The notes beneath the pieces were generated by a model that worked only from the letters and a program-made list of their open reading frames with translations, ran no database searches and was not told where the DNA came from. Of a stretch of 64,000 bases of DNA, positions 1-10,928 are shown in pieces (positions within the stretch are counted from its first letter, which is position 1; each line of letters opens with the position of its first letter). Origin of the DNA: Blastocladiella emersonii ATCC 22665 (taxonomy: Eukaryota; Fungi; Blastocladiomycota); contig JANHCV010000014.1 of the NCBI GenBank assembly GCA_025594325.1, forward strand, positions 682,001-746,000. The letters run 5' to 3'. A program made the position numbers and the translations under genes.

Positions 1-77
1 CTATCATTCGTGAGCTCCGCCGCGTCGCACCGGCGGCTTCGAGCTCGACCGCTTCCTGCGATGCGTCCCTCGAATGA
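1..77 (+). CDS. 3' end of another large F-box-like family gene (partial)
   Basis: Frame from nt 3 reads IIRELRRVAPAASSSTASCDASLE-stop, matching paralog C-termini (IVREFRRVAPAA at ~41060, ELRHVAPV at ~62200). Confidence 0.55.
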   Translation, partial: IIRELRRVAPAASSSTASCDASLE

Positions 78-373
78 CCTTGCACGCGCTCGAAGCTCCA
101 TGGCGCGCGGCTGCCTTGATACGGCGGGCCGACCAAAATATTTTTAACCCGATTGCATTTCCAATCAACTGCCTACCACGTACCCGAAGCTAGTTTGAGG
201 GGTTTGTACAAGCAATGCGGCCGGAAAACGCGTCCAAACGCGTTGCGACAGGAGTGACAGGTGGATCAGCTGATGCTCGCCGAGGGCCGAGTTGAGGCGG
301 CGCAGCGGGCGGCCGTCCCGCCGCGGCCGTTCTCCTCCTCCAGTTGTTTCCCAAAGATGCCCTGTGCTACATC

Positions 374-2305
374 ATGCAACCGAAAAAGTCCATGCAAACG
401 CAAATGAAAGTCAAACTTGCTATTCCCGAGATCATAGACCGGATCCTCGTCGCGGCCATCAACTCGCACGTCCCCAGCAATGTCGCCCTTACCGGTGGCA
501 TTGTCGACCTGCGCAAGCTTTCCGCATACTCTCGCGTCTTGCCTCGCGACCAGATCCCGGGTGTTTTTCGAGCTCTGTCGGCACTTGTGGTGAAGCTTCC
601 GATCAGCACAGCAAGCAACTTTGGACTGCTTAACTTCCTTCGCTTCCGCTCCGGATACGGTCTTCCCCTGCTTTGCGACTTTTCTTTCCTCACCCAGGCT
701 GCGTCCAGAAAAATGTATGACGTCCTCGACTTTTGGCGCGACTCGGGGGTCCAACTTCACAACCTCGGCAGAATCCTCGAGCTGCCCGAGACTGCTCGCG
801 TCCTCCTGTTTGGAACTGTCTCCCCGCCTTTCCACTCAGACGCTCCAAGCCGATTTGCTCGCGGTGACGCTCTCTGCCGAGACCTTCTCGCAGCCGTCCC
901 TCGGGGCGAGACGATGATTTCTATCGACCGCGCGCTTCTTTCAGAGGAGGGCACGACTTTGCTTAACCGCGCCCTATCGGTCCCTGGTCACCCCGTCACT
1001 TCGCTCACCCTTGTCATGGTCGACCTCAACTGGGACCGCCTTCGTGCGATTCAGCTTCCGTCCTCGCTAGAGTCGCTCCACCTTGAATCGAACCGACTCG
1101 CGCATCGGTGCCCCGCGGACCCGGCGCCTTGGCTTCCAAACACGCTTTCGTCGCTGACTCTTCGCAAGGAATGCCTTGGTTATGCGGGTCTCGCCGACCA
1201 CCTCAAGCACTTGCCATCGGGCCTCACCTCTCTGTCGTTGGACGAGTGCGAAATGGACTTGGCCGCTTTCAACCATCTCGCTGCCGGTCTGCCTGCTTCG
1301 CTTCGATCCCTGTCCATCACTCGATGCTCGATGGGCAACCGGGCTTTGGCGGCGCTGGCCCAGAAACTTCCCTCAACTTTGCTGTCGCTAGACTTGACCA
1401 AAAATGCCCTCTCGAACAAGGGCATGATTGCGCTCGCCCAGCACTTGCCCTCCAGCCTCGAATCGTTGATCCTTGATGACAACCCAAAGGTCGGCATGCC
1501 CGGCCTCCACGCCCTCCTCAACGCTCTCCCGGCTGGTCTTCAACGTCTTCAGCTGCGAGATGGTTGTACTGACGCTTGCGCCCTTGTGGCCCTCGCTGGT
1601 CGCGAACGCCCATCACTTAAGCACCTCGACCTCTCAGGCAGCGTTTGTTATTCGGTCGACTGGAACTCGCACCCAAACTTTAGTTTTCTTGCCGGGTCCG
1701 CTTGGAACACGACTCCAGCCTTCCCTGCAATCGAGGAGCTACGCATGGCAGGCTTCCAATTTTACAAATCAGAGAACGCAACGGCCGTGCTCCCGCGGAT
1801 CCTTGGCCCCAAGCTTCAGCGACTCGATCTCAACGGTTGCGGGGTCGGCGACGCTGGCGTCGACGCGATTCTTGAATGCGCAACGCCAGCCCTTACCCAC
1901 CTCGACCTGACAATGTGTGGCGTCCAAAACGCCGGTGCAGCATCTCTTGCTACGCGGCTGCCCGCGTCCGTGACTTGGCTGAATCTTGACGGCAATGGGA
2001 TCGGCGATGAGGGCTATCTCTTCTTGCTCGAGCTTATCAACTCCCGCCGAGCCACGCTGACAATCGAGCTTGACATGGGAAGCATGCCTTGTGCTACCAA
2101 AAAGATCTACGAGGTGTACTTTGGCGCGCCCGCTGGGCCCGTCCCGTGCGACAGCTCGTCTGACTCGAGCTCGTCTGACTCGGACTCGGATTCTGACTCA
2201 AGCTCTTCGGATTCCGACTCGAGCTCGTCCGATTCCTCCGACTCGGACGATTCGCAAGCGCACGACGCGCAACTTATTCACAATTTGATCTTGCCTTGGC
2301 TTTAG
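374..2305 (+). CDS. F-box-like / leucine-rich repeat (RNI-like) protein with a Ser/Asp-rich tail
   Basis: Uninterrupted ORF with first ATG at 374. N-terminal LAIPEIIDRIL is F-box-like. Repeated LP(S/A)xLxSLxLxxNxL units (LPSSLESLHLESNRL, LPSTLLSLDLTKNALS, LQRLDLNGCGVGDAG). Confidence 0.8.
   Translation: MQPKKSMQTQMKVKLAIPEIIDRILVAAINSHVPSNVALTGGIVDLRKLSAYSRVLPRDQIPGVFRALSALVVKLPISTASNFGLLNFLRFRSGYGLPLLCDFSFLTQAASRKMYDVLDFWRDSGVQLHNLGRILELPETARVLLFGTVSPPFHSDAPSRFARGDALCRDLLAAVPRGETMISIDRALLSEEGTTLLNRALSVPGHPVTSLTLVMVDLNWDRLRAIQLPSSLESLHLESNRLAHRCPADPAPWLPNTLSSLTLRKECLGYAGLADHLKHLPSGLTSLSLDECEMDLAAFNHLAAGLPASLRSLSITRCSMGNRALAALAQKLPSTLLSLDLTKNALSNKGMIALAQHLPSSLESLILDDNPKVGMPGLHALLNALPAGLQRLQLRDGCTDACALVALAGRERPSLKHLDLSGSVCYSVDWNSHPNFSFLAGSAWNTTPAFPAIEELRMAGFQFYKSENATAVLPRILGPKLQRLDLNGCGVGDAGVDAILECATPALTHLDLTMCGVQNAGAASLATRLPASVTWLNLDGNGIGDEGYLFLLELINSRRATLTIELDMGSMPCATKKIYEVYFGAPAGPVPCDSSSDSSSSDSDSDSDSSSSDSDSSSSDSSDSDDSQAHDAQLIHNLILPWL
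2150..2253 (+). repeat. Low-complexity coding repeat (Ser/Asp tract)
   Basis: Degenerate gactcg/gagctc units encoding DSSSDSSSSDSDSDSDSSSSDSDSSSSDSSDSDDS. Confidence 0.85.
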
Positions 2306-2481
2306 TTGCCCGAGCGAGTCAATGTGACGGACGGGTGCAAACGGTTGGTGAATGTATTTTGAACTGTATTGAAGGTGCTATACATGAGCCCATCTGTCAA
2401 GGTTATTCGGGCGATGTAGCATCGAGTTTGAGGGTCAGGCGACGAGGACAAAAATCCCAGAAACCCAACCAGGAAAATGTA

Positions 2482-3019
2482 TCAAAAGCGGATCTTGTAC
2501 CCGTGCGCACGCCAAACTGCGAGCGGGTTGTCGTGGCCAAACGCGTTTGCGGCCTCAAAGGTCGCTGAGCCCCTGAGGACTGCCAAATTGGCGCAGCCGG
2601 ACCGAGATGGCCATCCTGTCGCCGCGGTCCTCGCCAACAATGTGCGCCGGCACCGCGCCAGGAATGAAAGCGAATGCAAAGTCCCGAAGTCGAGGCGAGC
2701 ACCAAATCAATGACATGTAGCCACGTAGATGAGTTGCGGCAACTGTTTGGGCATCGCTAGGAGGGCATCGATGGCTGGGGAAAGTGGTGCGCCGGACGAC
2801 GCAGGAGCATGAATACGCTGGAATTCCTTTGCACGAGAGTTTCGCGGCCTTGAATAGAATAGGCTCGATGAGTTCGATAGGGAGCCATGGATTAGGTTGC
2901 GCGGGCTGAGCAGGCTCAGTTACACCCTTCGACGCCTTCCGTGATTTGCGTGAGGAATGTTTGCGTTGTGCGGCGGCCGCCTGCGCTGCACTTTTCCGAG
3001 TTTCGCTACGAGTTTGCAT
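2482..3019 (-). pseudogene. F-box/ankyrin-type gene, internally deleted
   Basis: LPIELIEPILFKAA N-terminus and HIVGEDRGDRM match the paralogs at 32971 and 34505. At ~2560 it jumps out of frame to the paralog C-terminus AANAFGHD..AVWRAHGYKIRF, so the middle is missing. Confidence 0.75.
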
Positions 3020-3271
3020 CGCGTGTTAGGATGATTAGCTTGCAAAACTAAAGATAGCGAAGTTGGTTCAAGTGGTGGGGAACGTTTGCATGCGTGAGCA
3101 AAACGGTGCATGTATGCATCTCGCTCGCATCGCATCAAGTGATGACCACGGGCGAAGCCTCAGCGCACTCACCAATGCCCACGCAACTCAAATTTTCCGA
3201 CCTCAAGATTTTCTTTAAATTCATGCCGATATGTGCCGGGGCGGCTTCGTCGCAACCGTTTCGGGTTGGAG

Positions 3272-3315
3272 ACGCGTCGCGATATCATGTGACCACATGC
3301 AGTGTGGCGCAACGC
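3272..3315. promoter_or_regulatory. Composite motif ACGCGT-N7-TCATGTGA plus GTGGCGCAACGC
   Basis: Directly visible, upstream of the minus-strand F-box/ankyrin gene. Near-identical copies at 13533, 32770 and 34347. Confidence 0.6.
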
Positions 3316-3387
3316 ATCTCCTCAAGAGCGTAACAGTCAAAAAAGGTGAGGTGGGAGGTAGCGTAACGTTTATGAAAACCTTTTATT

Positions 3388-4900
3388 TCACTCGACGCCC
3401 GCTGCAACCGCCCGAGGCGAGCGCAGCTCTGGCGTGATTGTAAGTTGGGCCGCGAGCAGCTGTAGCTGTGTCGGGCACACACCGTACAGCAGCTCCCAGA
3501 GCAGTTTCGTCTCAAGTACAGCATCAGGGATAGAGCGTGCGCCAAACAGCTCGCGGCCCACGTTCCCGCGCATGACCTGGCCTGTGTAAAACTTGATGAA
3601 CGCAGGCGAAAGGCAAATCCGCTCCATTCCGAGCATGTTCCACTGCGGAACTGAGTACAGCGCCGTGTTCTTGGTCAAGAAGAATGTCCATGGCGGGTTA
3701 CTCCCACCCTCGTTTGCCTTGATTGAAACCACGCGGATTGTTCGCGCCACGTTGATGCCAGTGTGAACGTTTTTGGGAAGCAAGGGAGCCAAGCTCGACA
3801 GGGCATCGATCTTGTTGCTGATCGGCGACAAGCGCGTATCTCAATCGGCGAGCAGTTGAACGAGCTGACCCGAAAAGGCGATCTAGTTGCCAAACTTGGT
3901 CTTTTCCAGGTCGATTGTGATGGCCCCCACCCAGCAAGCGATTAAAGCCTGTCGTCCTTTAACACAGCGTCGGCCCGCGCGGCTTTCGCTTCGCGTATGC
4001 CCTGGGACCTTCAGCCTGTCGACTTTACGGTGCTTGGGTCCAATTCTCCGCGGCTTACCCTCGAAATCCCTCGCGGCCGCGAGAAGCACCGCGTGAAGCC
4101 GGTTCCGCTGGAGGACCTTGCTCAGAACCACGGGGCGGCCGCGCTCATGATCGATGGAAAGTTGCAGCGCTTCCTGCTTCCGTGCCCGGGCCGCGCAACG
4201 AGCGCAGAATTCGACCGCGTGAGCAACCGTGTTTCGGTTCAAAGCGACCTGGTTCCACAGACGGTGTGTCTACAGCTTGGTCTTGGGCCGCTTGTTCCTA
4301 GATTCGCTCTATCCCCTGTCCAATTCGGCAAAATTCTCGTTCCCGTCCTTTTATTCGAGCTTGGGCTTTACGCACTGTACCCGAACAACCGTTACGTGTC
4401 AAGTGAAGCAGGCACGGTGCCCGTGCAAAAGCCTGCAGCGGCGGACGGTAGCAGCATGGGCGCCCGTGACGTTACTGGGCTCAAGGTCCTTTTTCACCGT
4501 GTTGTACGCGTGGCAGCAAAAATCTACGATCGCCCGTTCGCCGTCTAGTTTGTGGACGAAGCTCACAACGACCTTGCGATCCTCTTTGTGAACCGACCCG
4601 TTGTCATTGCGCCCCAGGGCAAAGCGCTTGAGGCCACGCCGGCGCTTGACGTCAGCTACTTTTGCGTCCCCGCGCACCCGTCGAAATCGGCCCCTTCGTC
4701 CGCCACTCGGAACCGAGCCAAGGCGCTCCGGCGACTCGCGGAATCTGCGCAGGCAGCGTATCGAGGCCGCGCCCTCCAAGAGCTTGACTTGGTCGTGTAT
4801 TCCGGACCCCGCGCGGCTGCAGTCAAGGAGTACCTCGAGTACTGCCAAGCGACCGTTGTCGATCACTTGATCCCCGACGTGAACGTCAACCCGAAAACGA
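3388..4900 (-). pseudogene. Degenerate APE-RT-derived gene, copy 1
   Basis: ORFs 3388-3831, 3883-4242 and 4399-4866 share one register. WTFFLTKNTALYSVP..MERICLSPAFIKFY..LLWELLYGVC matches copies 2-4. The 5' boundary is approximate and upstream similarity is weak. Confidence 0.6.
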
Positions 4901-5079
4901 CAACGTTGGGCTTGTCCGCGGCGTTTACGCAGCTGCGACCTGAGCTCAAGCGAGCCCTCCTGCTCCCACTTTTCCCTACCTTGTGACCGAGCAGTCGATT
5001 TATGTAATATAGATTGATTTTGACTTACCTGTGCGAGGCGAGGCGGAAGCAGGTTCGGGCGCAGGGTAAGACGTGTGAG

Positions 5080-5100
5080 ACGCGTTGCGATATCATGTGA
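5080..5100. promoter_or_regulatory. Composite motif ACGCGT-N7-TCATGTGA
   Basis: ACGCGT at 5080-5085, TCATGTGA at 5093-5100. Confidence 0.5.
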
Positions 5101-5681
5101 GAGTGGTCATGCGGTCAATCTCTGTTCGTATTCGTCTGCATCTCGCGGGTTGGCGAACAATCCCACATCGCGCGATTCTTGAGGGCGTACGTCGCGCGTC
5201 GGCGGGCTCATGAGCCCAGCACGGATAGTAGCTGGAACGCAACGTGGCCGGGACGAACACGCAGGTCTAGCGCCTTGTGGTCGTGGAACCACACGCGTGA
5301 GTCGAGGGCTAAAGCCCTCTTTCTAGACCGGGTCGCTGCCGGATAGGGTGCCGACGCTCACGTGAGCGCCATGCACGTGAGCGACCCGAAAACGCGTGAC
5401 AGACGCGTCGTTTCTCATGTGACTGCTGTGGCGCAACGCGTCCAGGCCTTGCACGTGATCGGCCTCGGCCCAACCCGCGGAAGCGCCGCGCGGCGCCAAC
5501 CACTCAAGGGCGAGCGGAGCGCGTTGCACCGACTCGCGTGCTTCGCGAGCTTCTGAGTTCAAGAGGATCGGAGCGAAGTGAACGTAGGAGAGCGAAAAGG
5601 ATATCTTTGTGCGGGAGGAAACAAGAGTCTGCGCGAGTCTGCGCGAGGGGAATGAACAGAGTCGGGGCGGGAGGGAGTGCA

Positions 5682-6725
5682 TCAGGTCGACGAGGACAGG
5701 CGGCCGCTGCGGCGCCGCTTGGGCTGCGCCTCATGCTCGTCGTTGACGACGCACTCCTCGTGCTCCTCCTCGGCGGCCGCGGCGGCGGTCGCCGCCGTGC
5801 GCTTCGTCGCGTTGGCGGTAGACGTCGGGACACCGGCTTGGTCGTCACCGATGGCGAGGGGCGTGCACGCCGCAAGCGCCGCGGTTGTCGGAGCCGCAGC
5901 TGCGGCCGCGTCCTCCATGTCGCACCCGACCGACACGGAGTTCGAGTCCGGCACCCCCACGACGATCTTGTCGATGCTGCCGATCGCGATGAACGAGTGA
6001 GTCCAAATGGGGTCCGCGCAGCTCGGGAAGCCGCCGTACTTCTTGGTGCCGGTGTTCTTGCCGCCGGCGTTCTTGGTGTTGGCGGGCGAGTTGATGGCGG
6101 GCGACACGACAGCGAGTGGCTGGATCGCGTGCTCCTGCGTCACGGGCGCCGCGGCGGGCGAGACGACGGCGGCCGAGATGTCGACGGGCTGCTGGATCGT
6201 GAGCTGCTGCGCCGCGGGTTCCGCGGCAATCGAGGCGGCGACCTGCTGCACACCGTGACCAGCGGCGCCCGATGCGACGCCGTTTGCCGTGGCGCGGGCG
6301 GCCTGGTGCGCGGCGAGGTTGTTGACAAAGTTCTCGCGGCCGTCGCGCATGCACTCGTGGTACACCTCCGTGGCCTCGTTGAGCTCGGCCCGCATGCCCT
6401 TCATCGTGCGCGGCACGCCTGCCGAGGTGAAGGCCTCGTCGCCGGGGAAGCCCGGGTCGTCGTCGGATTCTGACGAGTCCGACGCGTTCACGTCGCAGAG
6501 GAACCGCGGCCGCGGCGGTGCCGTCAGCGTCGCGCGAGCCGGACCCGTGCTTGGCGTCGTCGGGGTCGGCGGCCCCGTGTACTTGGGCTCCTGCGGCTGC
6601 GTGTACTGCACGGCGGACCGGGCGATGCGCGTGGCCGGCGGCCTCCACGACGGCGTCGTCGAGGTCGCGACCCGGCCCGGCGACGAGGCGCGCCTTGAAG
6701 ATGTCCTTGGCGGCCTTGTACGCGT
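5682..6725 (-). pseudogene. 5'-truncated accessory or captured ORF inside the Helitron (unknown, Ala/Pro-rich)
   Basis: High-GC3 reading frame (YKAAKDIFKARLVAG..., then a shift to QYTQPQEPKY...KRRRSGRLSSST). No start is visible; it abuts the truncated Rep gene head-to-head. Confidence 0.5.
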
Positions 6726-6742
6726 AGACCCACTGCGAGCCG

Positions 6743-9700
6743 ATGATGATTCACTCGAACATGGACGCATGGTTCCTCACGTCTTTCGACACGCCCATCG
6801 TCGCGTTCTACGCGACCAAGTACTCGACCAAGGCGCGCGACATCATCGAGAACCACGCCGCCATCATCGCCGCGTACAAGGCGCAGCACCAGCGCTTTGA
6901 CGCCGAGCCCGACGCCTTCTCGCGCGGGCACAAGAAGCTCCTCTCGCTCGCGTACCACATGTCGGCGAACTGCATGGAGGTCCCCGAGACCATGGCCGCC
7001 CTGTTCCTGCACACGTCGGCCGCGGGCATCTTCTCGCACAAGTTTGCGCCGCTGCTGCTCTACCAGGGCATCAAGTGGGTCGAGCTCGCGGGCGTCGCTG
7101 CCGGCGAGGCGACCAACGAGGACGTCGAGTGCATCGCGTCGCTCATCAACGTCGACGGCAAGCCCATGCTAAACGTCGCGCTTCACGACTACATCTTACG
7201 GCCCGCCGAACTCGAGCGGCTGTCGTGGTACGACTTTGTCCGCACGTGGTCGCGCGTCGCCATGCCCAAGGAAATGCGCCAGGTCCTGGCCGATGGCGGC
7301 CGTGTGGAACCCGCTCAACCAGACCTCGAACCCGGCACCGAGATCCAGCCCGGCACAAAGTTCTGCTTCATGGCCGACCATCCGCTCGCCAAGCCGTTCG
7401 AGCTGCGCAAAAAGGACGTCGAGGCCGTGCCCAAAATTGCTGGTCCGCACCTCCCCGACCCGCGCAAGTTTGCCGACGTCGCTGGGTCCGAGGAAAAGTA
7501 CTGCCGCATGGCGCTACTGCTTCTCCAGCACTTCCGCGTCTCGAGCGACATCCTCGACGCGCAGGGCTCCGCGATCGGCAAGTTCAAGGCGTTCAAGGAG
7601 ACGCTCGAACCTGGCCACCCAGCGCTCGACCATCTCGAGTACGCGCAGGAGTACTACTTCAGCCTTGACGGCGCTCGCGAGTTCCGCGAGCTTCGCGATC
7701 GCGAGAACGCCGAGCTCGCGGCGCAGCTGTCGCAGGAGGAGAAGGGGGAGCTCTACGTTCCTGACCGCGACGGCGAAACCAGCTCGCGCAACCAGTCGAC
7801 CACCGATGACGGCTCTGTAGCCGCTTCGTGGACCATGTTTGGTCAGTCGGAGAACGACATTGTTCTCGACCCGACTATCGTCAACTCGGACGTGGAGGGC
7901 ATCCTGGCCGACGACGGCGAAACCGAGGCGAACCTCGAGCGCATAGAGAGCGTGACCTTTACGCTGATCCCTGGAATGGGCCACGGCATGATGGGCACCC
8001 TGCTCTTCCCCGACGTGCAGCCGTTCGATGTCAACGCCGCGCCGCCGCCGCCGTACCTCAAGACACCCATCTCGCCGACTGACGTCGAGAAGATCATGGC
8101 TCAGCTATGCGCTGCCGCGGCTCAAGGTTATACGACTGCGGATGTCGGCGCCGTACCTGTCGTTCCCGGGCCCGGGCAGCCGCCCATGATCGGGATTGTT
8201 CCCGCAGTGCCATCCGGAGCCTCGACAAACACATCTCAGCATGGTATCGACCCGGAAATGGCCGTCGACGTGCCCGAACCAGAACTCGGACCAGCCGTTG
8301 ACGTTTGGCGCAGCGCCTTCACGACCACGCCAACGGATCCTGACGCGCGCGCGCGGTTCCTCGTCACCAAAGCCGCGGACTCAATCAGCAACATTGCCTA
8401 CAACACACGCGGCGACGAGTGGAGCGACGAGAAGCAGCGCACTGTGCACACGCCCGCGTACGCGAGCCTCGCGCAGGTCTCGCTCAAGTTCAACCTCAAC
8501 GAAGAGCAGCACCGCGCGTTCGTGCTCTTCCTCATGCCGCTCATCGACACCTTCATCGGCGGCAACGCGGGTATCGCGGACGCTGCGGCCTCAACCGAGC
8601 AGAACGTGATCCTGTTGGGCCGCGACGACGTCCAACATGTCGTCGGCACCGCGGCCCTCCCGCCCATGAGCAAGGACCGGACGCCGATCATCCTCACCAG
8701 CTCGGGCTGCACGCGCGTCGTCGATGCAATCCGATACTTTCTCGCGTCCTGGAACCGGGAAAAGTGCCTCATGGTCATGGCCATGACCGGGATCGCGGCC
8801 GCCAACATTGGCGGTACGACCATCCACGCCGCGTTCTCCTTCTCGCTAAGGCCGAAAGAAAACAGCCCGGACGTGGCCCGTTTGCGTACCGATCCTGCGG
8901 TTGCCATCGCGTGGAAAGGGCGTCTCGGCGTCGTCATCGACGAGTTCTCCATGTGCGACGCAACTTTACTCGGGCGTATCGACGTGAACCTGCGCCTCCT
9001 GCGGCGGTGCGACGAACCATTCGGCGCGTGCATCGTCATGCTCGCTGGCGATCATTTACAGCTGCCTCCCGTCAACGGAACTGCCCTGTACAAGGTGCCC
9101 GCCGTGCTCAACGACGCGCCGGACTCGTTCTACCTGACTGCGCATGACGTCAAAATCAATTGACGGTCCCCGAGCACCTGGATCGAGGCCAGGTCGCGTA
9201 CTGGCGCACTACACGCGCTGTTCGTCTCGTGAAGAGCAACCGATTTGTCGACGATCCTCCATGGGGCAACGAAATGGACGCGCTCCGCCTCGTCGAGGCG
9301 TTGGACACGCTGTGCGACCTGATCAACTCGCGTACGACCGCCCAGCTTCAGCAGCAGGTCGACGAAAACGGCAACAACGTCCTCAAGGAGATCCTCAAGA
9401 AGCCCGGACTCACGGTTATCGCGCCTGACAACCACACGCGCCACGCCTTCAACCTGCTCTACACGCGGCTCGCAGCAGCAAACCCGAACCGCATCGTGTT
9501 CCAGATCAAGGGCAACATCACGCGCCCGCGTGATAGGCGCCGCACGCGTGAACGCGTCGCCATCTGCGACAAGGACGTGTTCCGCCTCGGAGGAGAGCCA
9601 GAAACCACGACTGAACTGCCGGCCATCCTCGAGCTCTTCGTCGGAATGGAGATGCGCGTCAAGACCAACCAGTGCGTAGCAAAGGGGTGCGCGAACGGTG

Positions 9701-10519
9701 CGGTTGGCGTCGTGCACCACATCGACTAGAAGCCCGACACCACGTTCACGCGAACCGCGTCCAACATGTACCGGCCATCCTGCGCTCCACTCAACGTGTG
9801 GAATCGACCTGCCCGACGCTCCTCGTGGCCCTCGCTTCCCGGGCATGCCGGCCGCGTGGCCTGACACGGTCATCCCGCTTGCCGTGGAGAAGAAGGACTT
9901 CCTGTACATGGCGGGCGGTTCCACGTCGCGAGAGCGGGTCGTCAGCACAACGAAGGATTCGCTCCCGCTCTGTGTCAACAACACCAAAACCAACATGAGC
10001 AAGTATCCTAATCATGTCGTCGCGCACATCGAGCAGTACCCAATGGTGCCAGCCTTCGCCATGACGGTCCACGGGGTTCAAGGCGTGACCAAGAACGCCA
10101 TCGCCCTGGCAGATCCGCGTCCCGCGGGCATGGAGCGTCTTATCAGCGGCGCTTCCCTGTACGTGGCGTTATCGCGGCTTCGTCACTCAAAGTACCTGCG
10201 GGTGCTTCAGCCGATCCCAAGAGCCGTGCTCAAGTCCATGAAGCCGGATCCACTCGCAGTGGCCGAGGACAAGCGGCTCCAGATGCTCGACGAGCTGACC
10301 AAGACCGCTTTCGATCAAGGTACAGCCATCGCACCAGGCGACCCGCGCATCGCCAAGCTCCTCGACGACGCGATTCTCTTCTCGCGCTAGCACGCGGCTG
10401 AGAAACTAGTCGCCAAGCGCGCGTCCGATGCTCTCAACGCAAGGTTTCGGCGATTGGCCAACAAACGTGCTGGAGGCGAGGACGGCTCACAGAACGCCAA
10501 GAAACAGAAAACACAGTAG
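6743..10519 (+). pseudogene. Helitron Rep/PIF1-like helicase, truncated and disrupted
   Basis: Rep motif FYATKYSTK, then DYILRPAELE. Helicase motifs AMTGIAAANIGGTTIHAAF, VVIDEFSMC, GDHLQLPPV, AFAMTVHGVQG and YVALSRLR. Frameshifts near 9160 and 9730. In-frame TAG at 10388-10390, with the frame continuing to TAG at 10517-10519. Confidence 0.9.
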
Positions 10520-10818
10520 AGTACTAACGTAGTGTATTCCATCATCTAATCCATCAATAGCACGATTTCCATAGCTCGATCACCTAAATCTCCTGTGCGG
10601 GACGCACACGCGACAGCACCTCCACCACTCGTGCACCATACGTGGCGAGGGGTTTAGCCCTCGATTGAAAGCCAAACGCGAAGCGTTTAGGTGCCTCAAG
10701 TATAATTGGCAATGGCGGCGGACGGTTCGTCAACCGCGGCAGGGCTTGAGTGCCACCTGTCGTGTGCGGTTAATTACGCGCCGCTCGCATGCAGCCGAAA
10801 GGGAGCGCCTCATCGGAG

Positions 10819-10839
10819 ACGCGTCGGAAGATCATGTGA
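10819..10839. promoter_or_regulatory. Composite motif ACGCGT-N7-TCATGTGA
   Basis: 90 bp upstream of ATG 10929. Confidence 0.6.
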
Positions 10840-10928
10840 CAGCCCCGTGACCGTGTCCATACCCTGGCGGTGTCGTTGGGAGCGAAGTCGCCGTCGGCCG
10901 CCGCTCTCCTTCGTCCTCGCGGTCGCCC

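Larger units (their letters stand above)
5302..10700 (+). mobile_element. Helitron2/Helentron-type rolling-circle transposon, internally deleted and non-autonomous
   Basis: Contains Rep-helicase remnants. TCGAGGGCTAAAGCCCTC (5302-5319) is an inverted repeat of GAGGGGTTTAGCCCTCGA (10647-10664), which is followed by the hairpin AAACGC-GAA-GCGTTT (10674-10688). The exact 3' base is uncertain. Confidence 0.7.

Noticed and set aside
3763-4986. Plus-strand gene (ORFs 3997-4548 and 4552-4986)
   Set aside because: It is in codon register with the minus-strand APE-RT remnant, so most likely an antisense shadow. No recognisable motifs.
5302-5326. Canonical Helitron1 3' end (hairpin plus CTAG)
   Set aside because: It lies upstream of the Rep-helicase gene and is an inverted repeat of 10647-10664, which fits a Helitron2 5' end better. 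An adjacent separate element cannot be fully excluded.
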